NCBI GenBank assembly: GCA_948467545.1
Contig: CAOKER010000003.1
Location: forward strand, 103,500 to 167,499
DNA length: 64,000 nucleotides
Origin: an uncultured Eubacteriales bacterium
GTDB lineage: Bacteria; Bacillota; Clostridia; Oscillospirales; CAG-272
Direction: 5' to 3'
Below are positions 56,530-63,339 of the stretch, one piece after another (the first letter of the stretch is position 1; the number at the start of each line of letters is the position of its first letter). The notes beneath the pieces are model-generated. The model was given only the letters and a program-made list of their open reading frames with translations. It made no database searches and was not told the DNA's origin. A program made the translations under genes and the position numbers.

Positions 56530-56751
56530 ATGAAAACATTACGAGATGTTCCTGTTGGAGCAACGGTAAAAGTAATCCGGCTTCACGGAGAAGGCGCTAC
56601 AAAGCGGCGGATTATGGATATGGGCGTAACAAAAGGTGTGGATATCTTTGTACGTAAGGTTGCGCCGCTTGGCGATCCTGTACAGGTAACTGTTCGGGGA
56701 TATGAGCTTTCTGTTCGTAAGGCGGATGCTCAGATGATAGAAGTTGATTAA
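56530..56751 (+). CDS. feoA: FeoA-domain protein (copy 3)
   Basis: VGATVKVIRLHGEGATKRRIMDMGVTKGVDIFVRKVAPLGDPVQVTVRGYELSVRKADAQMIEV. Confidence 0.85.
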   Translation: MKTLRDVPVGATVKVIRLHGEGATKRRIMDMGVTKGVDIFVRKVAPLGDPVQVTVRGYELSVRKADAQMIEVD

Positions 56752-56766
56752 AGGAGGAAAAATGTA

Positions 56767-58911
56767 ATGGACAAATATACGCTTGCATTAGCCGGAAATC
56801 CGAATAGCGGTAAAACTACAATGTTTAACGCACTGACCGGCGCCGCACAGTTCGTCGGCAACTGGCCGGGCGTAACTGTTGAAAAGAAGGAAGGCAAGTA
56901 TAAAAAGAACAAGGAAGTTCGGATTATGGACTTACCCGGTATTTATTCGCTGTCTCCATATTCTCAGGAGGAAGTGGTAGCTCGTGAGTATTTGGTAAAT
57001 GAGCGTCCGGACGCTATTATTAACATTGTGGACGCAACCAATTTGGAAAGAAATCTCTATCTGACTACGCAGCTTTTGGAAATCGGAATTCCGGTAGTCA
57101 TTGCCTTGAATATGATGGATGTCGTAAGAAAAAGCGGCGATACGATACATACCGATGTGCTTTCTAAAATTTTAAGGTGTCCTGTTGTGGAGACTTCCGC
57201 ATTGAAAGAGGATAACCTTGATAAGGTTGTGCAGGAAGCAATCTCTGCTGCAAAAAAAGGTGAGACTCCGGCGTGTGTTCCTTTTGATAAGCAGACGGAA
57301 GGCTGGATTGCAGAAATACAAGAGAATTTGCCTGCCGATGTTCCGGCAGCACAGAAGCGTTATCTTTCTATTAAGCTGTTTGAGAAAGATTCCAAAGTTC
57401 CATATGTCAATGAGGCAATTTCAAAAATTGTCGCAGAGGCGGAAAAGACTCTCGATGATGATACAGAAAGCCATATTACCGGCGTACGCTACGAGTATAT
57501 TACAGGGATTATCAACAAGGTTCGTAAAAAACAATCCGGCAAGGTGTCTATCTCCGATAGAATTGACCGTATTGTAACAAATCGTTGGTTAGGCTTGCCG
57601 ATCTTTGCTCTTGTAATGCTTGTTGTTTACTATATTTCCGTTACTACTGTAGGAAGTTGGGTTACGGATTGGACAAATGATGTGTTTGTCGGAGAGTGGG
57701 TACAGGCTCCGGTTGAAACTTGGCTTACAGGTATTGGCTGTGCTGATTGGCTGACAGGGTTGATATGTGAGGGCATTATCGGCGGTGTAGGCGCTATGCT
57801 TGGATTTATGCCTCAGATGTTTATTCTGTTCTTCTTCCTTGCGCTTTTAGAGGATTGCGGATATATGGCTCGTATCGCATTTGTTATGGATCGTGTGTTC
57901 CGCAAATTTGGAATGTCAGGAAAATCCTTTATTCCTATGCTGATTGGAACAGGCTGTGGTCTGCCGGGCATTATGGCTGCCCGCACCATTGAAAATGAAA
58001 AAGACAGGCGAATGACAATTATGACCGTAACCTTTATGCCCTGCGGCGCAAAACTGCCGATGATAGCCTGCATTGCGGGAGCGTTGTTTAACAACAGCGG
58101 GTTTGTGGCATTTTCAGCGTATATGCTTGGTATAGTCAGCGTTATTGTTACAGGTATTATGCTGAAAAAGACAAAGAAATTTGCAGGTGAAGCAACGCCT
58201 TTCGTTATGGAACTTCCTGCATATCATATTCCAACCGTAAAGAATGTTTGGCACAGTATATGGGATCGCTTGAAAGCATTTGCAAAAAAGGCTGTTACCG
58301 TTTATATGCTGGCAAGTATTCTTGTATGGTTCATCTCCAGCTTTGGTTGGGTAGACGGTTCCTTTGGAATGGTTGAAATCGGAGACAGCATTGCTTATTC
58401 TATCGGCAACGCATTGGCTTGGCTGTTCGCTCCTTGCGGCTTTGATAAGTGGCAGGCAGTTATCGCTTCTATTCTCGGCATTGCGGCAAAGGAAGAGGTA
58501 GTTGGTACGCTCGGTGTATTCTCAGCGATAGGAGACGCAGATATGGCATTGGAGTTGGCAGAGTCCGGCGGAAACCTTGCGCCTATTGCAGCTTTATTTG
58601 GAGGAAGCGCTGTTGCCGGTTATGCGTTCCTTGCTTTCAACCTGTTATGCGCTCCTTGTTTTGCCGCAATCAATACAATTCGTGCAGAAATGCAGAGTGG
58701 AAAGTGGTCGGCGTTTGCCATTGGCTATCAGTGCGGATTTGCCTATCTTGTTTCTTTGATGATTTATCAATTCGGTAATCTTATTTTGGGCGGAGGATTT
58801 ACAATCTGGACTGCCGTTGCATTTGTAGTGTTGGCATTTTTCCTGTTTATGTTATTCCGCCCCGGCTATAAATCCTCGGAAACAAAATTAAAAGCTGCCG
58901 CTAAAGCATAA
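56767..58911 (+). CDS. feoB: Ferrous iron transporter FeoB
   Basis: G-domain GNPNSGKTTMFNALTG and DLPGIYSL, followed by polytopic gate/permease domains; 714 aa. Confidence 0.95.
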   Translation: MDKYTLALAGNPNSGKTTMFNALTGAAQFVGNWPGVTVEKKEGKYKKNKEVRIMDLPGIYSLSPYSQEEVVAREYLVNERPDAIINIVDATNLERNLYLTTQLLEIGIPVVIALNMMDVVRKSGDTIHTDVLSKILRCPVVETSALKEDNLDKVVQEAISAAKKGETPACVPFDKQTEGWIAEIQENLPADVPAAQKRYLSIKLFEKDSKVPYVNEAISKIVAEAEKTLDDDTESHITGVRYEYITGIINKVRKKQSGKVSISDRIDRIVTNRWLGLPIFALVMLVVYYISVTTVGSWVTDWTNDVFVGEWVQAPVETWLTGIGCADWLTGLICEGIIGGVGAMLGFMPQMFILFFFLALLEDCGYMARIAFVMDRVFRKFGMSGKSFIPMLIGTGCGLPGIMAARTIENEKDRRMTIMTVTFMPCGAKLPMIACIAGALFNNSGFVAFSAYMLGIVSVIVTGIMLKKTKKFAGEATPFVMELPAYHIPTVKNVWHSIWDRLKAFAKKAVTVYMLASILVWFISSFGWVDGSFGMVEIGDSIAYSIGNALAWLFAPCGFDKWQAVIASILGIAAKEEVVGTLGVFSAIGDADMALELAESGGNLAPIAALFGGSAVAGYAFLAFNLLCAPCFAAINTIRAEMQSGKWSAFAIGYQCGFAYLVSLMIYQFGNLILGGGFTIWTAVAFVVLAFFLFMLFRPGYKSSETKLKAAAKA

Positions 58912-58923
58912 AGAGGTATAGTT

Positions 58924-59103
58924 ATGTTGGGATGGATAACACAGAATCTTGCAACTATAATAATTGGAACTTTACTTCTCATTGCTGTCATTTTCGCTTT
59001 GTTAAGTATGGTGAAAACGAAAAAAGCAGGCGGCTGTAATTGTGGGTGTTCCGGGTGCAAAGGCTGTTCTCATTCCGGCACCTGTCATCATAGGGAATAT
59101 TGA
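58924..59103 (+). CDS. FeoB-associated Cys-rich membrane peptide (59 aa)
   Basis: ATG 58924 to TGA 59101-59103; one TM helix then GGCNCGCSGCKGCSHSGTCHH. Below the ORF-track length cutoff. Confidence 0.7.
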   Translation: MLGWITQNLATIIIGTLLLIAVIFALLSMVKTKKAGGCNCGCSGCKGCSHSGTCHHREY

Positions 59104-59211
59104 GTAAATCGCTGAAAATTCCTATATTACAGCTTGAGGCTATAAACAGCAGGCAGCCGAAACCATAAATTGGTTTGACTGCCTGTTTGCTTATTTTAGA
59201 AAGGAGCTAAT

Positions 59212-59622
59212 ATGACCGCCAAAAAAAGCACAAGTAACTTGTATTCTTCCGGTGAAGATTATCTGGAAGCAATTCAGATACTAATTGTAAAAAACGGTAA
59301 AACCCGTTCGTCTGAGGTGGCAGAATATATGGGCGTTACAAGACCGAGTGTATGTCGGGCAGTGCGTGTTCTTACCGAGGGCGGCTATTTGGTTATGGAC
59401 GAGGATTTTGGTCTGTTTTTAACGAAAAAAGGACAGGAAATTGCGGATAAAACTTATGAGAAGCATTGCTTTTTCAAACAGATGTTGATAGATGCCGGCA
59501 TAGATTCAATAAAGGCGGAACAGGAAGCCTGCGAGATGGAGCATAGTATTAGCGAGGATAGCTTTGAGAAGCTGCGTCAGGCAAAAATAGAATTGATGGG
59601 AAATCGACAAGGAGGTGCTTGA
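59212..59622 (+). CDS. DtxR/MntR-family metal-dependent transcriptional regulator
   Basis: SGEDYLEAIQIL...SSEVAEYMGVTRPSVCRAVRVLTEGGYL winged HTH; metal-site residues in EKHCFF...EACEMEHSIS. Confidence 0.85.
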   Translation: MTAKKSTSNLYSSGEDYLEAIQILIVKNGKTRSSEVAEYMGVTRPSVCRAVRVLTEGGYLVMDEDFGLFLTKKGQEIADKTYEKHCFFKQMLIDAGIDSIKAEQEACEMEHSISEDSFEKLRQAKIELMGNRQGGA

Positions 59623-59763
59623 TGAAAGGTTATAAAAGCGTTGGTCTGCCAAAGCAGCCTTCATTGATAATTCGTGATAAAAGAAAAACCAAGACTTGGA
59701 ATAATAAAAAATCACAGTTACCTACCGTCCGGAAGGAAATGGTAAGTAGGAAAGGGTTACGAA

Positions 59764-60012
59764 ATGATAAAAACGGTACTTATGATTGAGGGAATGTCTT
59801 GCGGAATGTGTGAAGCACATATAAATGAGACGATCCGTAGAAATTTCAAAGTAAAAAAGGTGAATTCATCTCATAAGAAAAATTTGACTGAGGTTGTTAG
59901 TGAAGAACCGTTAGATACACAGAGTTTGAAAGATGTGATTGGAGCGACAGGATATACTCTTGTATCAGTCTCGGAAAAAACATATACAAAAAAGAATATA
60001 TTTGGAAAATAA
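59764..60012 (+). CDS. Heavy-metal-associated (HMA, CopZ-like) domain protein
   Basis: MIEGMSCGMCEAHI MxCxxC motif in a ferredoxin-like fold length. Confidence 0.8.
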   Translation: MIKTVLMIEGMSCGMCEAHINETIRRNFKVKKVNSSHKKNLTEVVSEEPLDTQSLKDVIGATGYTLVSVSEKTYTKKNIFGK

Positions 60013-60038
60013 AACCCATTTGGATTTTATGTTGAACG

Positions 60039-60488
60039 GTGGGAGGCGATAGTATCGGAAGAATAATAATTATTGAGCTTTCAGATCAGGATTCCTCTGT
60101 CTTTGATGATATTTTGTCTTTTCTTAATCAGCACTCTGATTGGCAGCAGTATGATTTAAGTAAAGAACCGATATTATCGTTTCCCGGTCTTGAAATCAAT
60201 TTTGCCCGCCACAGGATTTATTGCAATCATCAAGAGGTTGAATTAACAACGAAGGAGTTTAATATCCTCTGTCTTTTGGCAGTAAACAAAGGTCGGGTGC
60301 TTACCCATTCACAGATTTATGAAAAGGCGTGGGATAATGAAGCGATTGGCAATGAGCGAAAGGCGGTGGGCTATCATATTTGGAATATCCGTAAGAAGCT
60401 CTACGCCGCAGCACCGGAACACAAATTTGCCATAGAGAGCGTTCGTGAGGTCGGATACCGATTTGAGGTCAACAATATGGATACATAA
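60039..60488 (+). CDS. OmpR/PhoB-type winged-helix DNA-binding protein lacking a receiver domain
   Basis: C-terminal ELTTKEFNILCLLAVNKGRVLTHSQIYEKAW...VGYRFEV. The N-terminal 50 aa are too short for a receiver. GTG start uncertain. Confidence 0.65.
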   Translation: MGGDSIGRIIIIELSDQDSSVFDDILSFLNQHSDWQQYDLSKEPILSFPGLEINFARHRIYCNHQEVELTTKEFNILCLLAVNKGRVLTHSQIYEKAWDNEAIGNERKAVGYHIWNIRKKLYAAAPEHKFAIESVREVGYRFEVNNMDT

Positions 60489-60518
60489 CGGCAGTCTGAA
60501 AAACAGGCTGCCGTTTTT
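60489..60518 (+). terminator. Intrinsic terminator ending the metal module
   Basis: 10-bp stem CGGCAGTCTG/CAGGCTGCCG (one G-U), AAAAA loop, TTTTT tail. Confidence 0.8.
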
Positions 60519-61160
60519 ATGCTCATTTGAGCTTCTTTTTGCAAACCTGATAATATCTTATTTTATATGACATTTCGATGCCGCATAATGTCTGAACTTG
60601 CGGCGAGACTTGACTAAAACAGATACAAAACAGTAAGAGTTCCAAAATTTATACATTATACTTCCCCTATCAACAAATGTACAGGGGAAAACTGAAACAG
60701 TCTGTCATCTTATCCCCTTTAAAGGGGACAAGATGGCAGATACAAGGACAGGGACAGGCGGAATACCGCCGACAGGAAACCAAAAATATTATTTCGTACA
60801 TACCGCAGTCTCTAAGGGGATTGCGGTGTTTTTTTATTCGACACCGTTCCTTTTATTCCTTTTACAATTCCTATTATGTTGCAGCAGTTTACAGCAAAGC
60901 GCACTCGTCTTGCGGCGGGTGCGCTTTTTGTCTGTCAGAAAAAGAAAATTCCTGCTGTGTAATAGCCTATTTTGTAACAGACAAGAAACGGCAGGGCGCT
61001 TTTATCGCATAAAACCGGACAAGCCTTTTTTCTTTGCTTATAAGAGTAAGCCTTTGCTTTTGAGCAGATGGCAGACCTTTATCGGGAGGTATCCGTAATC
61101 TCCGAATTTTTGATTTCAACCTTTTATATCAAAAATTCAAAATTTAAGGAGATTACGGAA

Positions 61161-61694
61161 ATGACGGAAAGCAATTTAGAAGTTCTGAAAGAGGAATTTC
61201 AAAACGAGTGCAAGGTTATCAATTTGCAGTATGAATATCAGGGATATAGCGGTAAAGAACAATGGGCGATTATTTCGGAACTGTCCGAAAAAGAAATCTT
61301 TGAAAAGTACAAGCTCTTTGTTCAGGATTACATACCGTTTCTTATATTACCGCCGATGTACGGAGAAGTGCGGCAGCAGTTTCGCAGAAACGAGAATAAA
61401 CACTATATGAGAATGGTCAGAGGTCATATTTATTCGCTGGAGGACGATTTGGAAGAACATCATCCGGAAGCTGCCGTAGAGGATTGTGCAGCGCAGGTCT
61501 TTGCAAAGGAACAAAGCAGAGAGCTTTGGGAAGCGATAAACTCTCTCAATGAAATACAAAGAAAACGGCTGATTGCCTATTACTTTGAGGGGAAAACCTA
61601 TCGGGAGATTGCTGATGAAGAAGGCGTCGATCATAAGGCGGTAGTCCGCAGCGTTGCCATTGCTTTGAAAAATCTGAGGATTTTCTTAGAATAG
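61161..61694 (+). CDS. Tn916 Orf7-like sigma-70 region-4 protein
   Basis: AAGGAG 9 nt before ATG 61161; LNEIQRKRLIAYYFEGKTYREIADEEGVDHKAVVRSVAIALKNLR. Confidence 0.75.
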   Translation: MTESNLEVLKEEFQNECKVINLQYEYQGYSGKEQWAIISELSEKEIFEKYKLFVQDYIPFLILPPMYGEVRQQFRRNENKHYMRMVRGHIYSLEDDLEEHHPEAAVEDCAAQVFAKEQSRELWEAINSLNEIQRKRLIAYYFEGKTYREIADEEGVDHKAVVRSVAIALKNLRIFLE

Positions 61695-61750
61695 AGTCCC
61701 CAAACGCCCTTTCCCTGTGGGAACAAGTGAAAGGACTTGTTTCTACTCCG
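61693..61750 (+). promoter_or_regulatory. Copy B of the conserved bipartite element, starting at the sigma gene stop codon and 46 nt upstream of the MazF-like gene
   Basis: 40/42 identical to 23856-23897, plus the shared CTACTCCG box. Alternative hairpins CCTTTC/GAAAGG and GAACAAGT/ACTTGTT. Confidence 0.6.
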
Positions 61751-61795
61751 GATATGGAACGCCTTTCAAATACTTATATTGAGAGGTTTATATAA

Positions 61796-62347
61796 ATGGA
61801 ACTCAAAGAAAATCAGAAGGTGAAGCGTGGGGAAATCTATCTGCACGACTTCGGAAGCAATGAAGGCTCGATACAGAATGGGATAAGACCTGTTCTTGTA
61901 GTGCAATGCGATGAAGGCAATCAGGCAAGCACAACCACCATTGTTGCGGCTCTTACATCTGTTATTAAAAAGCGCTATCTGCCCTCACATATTGTTTTGG
62001 GCGATAAATACGGACTGAAAGAGCCGTCAATGGTTATGCTTGAACAACTAAAAACGGTTAATCAGTCAGAGCTTGCCGAATATATCGGTTTTGTTGACAG
62101 CGAATATCTGCTCAGAAAAATCAATATCGGTTTGAAAAAGGCGCTTGGCTTGTGGGTGGATAAACCGCAGAAGCACAAGGGCGATATACGCTGCTTATGC
62201 AGCAAATGCTTGGAGGATTACAAAGCCAATCCCGATTATATCGTAAGGCGGCTTGATCCGTTTGCGAAAGAAAAGCGCAGATGTGATAAGTGTCTGAATA
62301 TGGGGTACGATTACCTGATTTACGATAAGAGTATTTCAAAGAGGTAA
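61796..62347 (+). CDS. PemK/MazF-like endoribonuclease domain fused to a C-terminal Cys-rich zinc-ribbon-like domain
   Basis: KRGEIYLHDFGSNEGSIQNGIRPVLVVQ and MVMLEQLKTVN MazF blocks (about 115 aa), then CLCSKC...CDKC (about 65 aa). Confidence 0.75.
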   Translation: MELKENQKVKRGEIYLHDFGSNEGSIQNGIRPVLVVQCDEGNQASTTTIVAALTSVIKKRYLPSHIVLGDKYGLKEPSMVMLEQLKTVNQSELAEYIGFVDSEYLLRKINIGLKKALGLWVDKPQKHKGDIRCLCSKCLEDYKANPDYIVRRLDPFAKEKRRCDKCLNMGYDYLIYDKSISKR

Positions 62348-62352
62348 CGCCT

Positions 62353-62574
62353 ATGGCAGATACAAATACAACTACAAAGCCGTATGTACCCGTTTGGGAA
62401 AAATACGCTCTTACAATTTATGAAGCGGCAGAGTATTTCGGGATTGGGGAACATCGTCTGCGGACATTGGTAAGAGAGAACCGTCAGGCTGATTTTGTGC
62501 TGTGGATTGGAGTGAAGGTGGAAATCAAACGGAAGCTGTTTGAGGAATTTCTGAATGAAATAAATGCACTCTGA
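62353..62574 (+). CDS. xis: Tn916 Xis-like excisionase (HTH) paralog 1
   Basis: PVWEKYALTIYEAAEYFGIGEHRLRTLV...EIKRKLFEEFL parallels Tn916 Xis [28 protein letters not shown]. Confidence 0.8.
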   Translation: MADTNTTTKPYVPVWEKYALTIYEAAEYFGIGEHRLRTLVRENRQADFVLWIGVKVEIKRKLFEEFLNEINAL

Positions 62575-62680
62575 TGTCAAGTCTGCGATTGCCGACTTCG
62601 CATATTTGTCAAAAGGCTCGTGTCTGACTATGATTGGGAGGAAGGCACGAGCCGGACAAATACCAAAGGAGGACACCGCA

Positions 62681-63049
62681 ATGAAAAATTATGTATATGT
62701 TCCCGGTCTCAGCGAGGTCGTGGAGAACGAAAAGAAAAAAGAGCCGAGCAATACGGAAACTGATAAATTCGTTACGGTAACGGGTGCGGCTAAAAAAACT
62801 GTTGCCACACACGACAGAGGTGTTGTAAGAAATAAAAAGGTTGACGACCGCAGCTTTCAGATTCCGGTATGGGAGAAATACGCCCTGACAATCAAGGAAG
62901 CGGCAGAGTATTACAATGTAGCCGAAACCAAACTGCGGGAATTTGCAATGAGCAACCGTACCAAACCGTTCGTATTAAAAGCCGGAGGCAGGCTGTTGTT
63001 AAAACGCAAGGTCTTTGAAGCGTTCTTAGACCAAAATAATGTTATTTGA
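62681..63049 (+). CDS. Xis-like excisionase paralog 2 with about 70-aa N-terminal extension
   Basis: AAAGGAGG before ATG 62681; IPVWEKYALTIKEAAEYYNVAETKLREF...LLKRKVFEAFL. Confidence 0.75.
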   Translation: MKNYVYVPGLSEVVENEKKKEPSNTETDKFVTVTGAAKKTVATHDRGVVRNKKVDDRSFQIPVWEKYALTIKEAAEYYNVAETKLREFAMSNRTKPFVLKAGGRLLLKRKVFEAFLDQNNVI

Positions 63050-63062
63050 AAGGAGGGCGGCA

Positions 63063-63326
63063 ATGAACAGAAAAGGAAATCCGATGTTTCAGAAGGGTTA
63101 TCCAAATGCTGAAATGTGTAACAAAAGGCTGAGGGAACTGCCGATATGGGAAAAGCCGCTGCTGACGGTAGTTGAAGCGGCAAAGTATTTTCAAATCGGA
63201 GAGTCCAATATCAGGAGGCTTACAAGAGAGCATAAGGGCGAGGACTTTATACAATGGAAGGACAACCGTGTGTTTATCAGACGGGAGGAATTTGAGAAGT
63301 TCTTAGATCAGACAAACGCAATTTAA
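63063..63326 (+). CDS. Xis-like excisionase paralog 3
   Basis: AAAGGAGGG before ATG 63063; LPIWEKPLLTVVEAAKYFQIGESNIRRL...FIRREEFEKFL. Confidence 0.75.
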   Translation: MNRKGNPMFQKGYPNAEMCNKRLRELPIWEKPLLTVVEAAKYFQIGESNIRRLTREHKGEDFIQWKDNRVFIRREEFEKFLDQTNAI

Positions 63327-63339
63327 GGAGGTATCGACT

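Noticed and set aside
59622-59789. 55-aa highly basic ORF (MKGYKSVGLPKQPSLIIRDKRK...) overlapping the DtxR stop (TGATG) and the HMA gene start
   Set aside because: The translational-coupling geometry is attractive. However, the sequence is low-complexity, matches no family I know, and overlaps the next gene's RBS and start. It is left uncalled.
60733-61098. 121-aa ORF starting MADTRTGTGG
   Set aside because: It reads through two intrinsic terminators and is Leu/Phe/Cys-rich nonsense after the first ~20 codons. Only the first 13 nt match the xis start, so it is probably a remnant.
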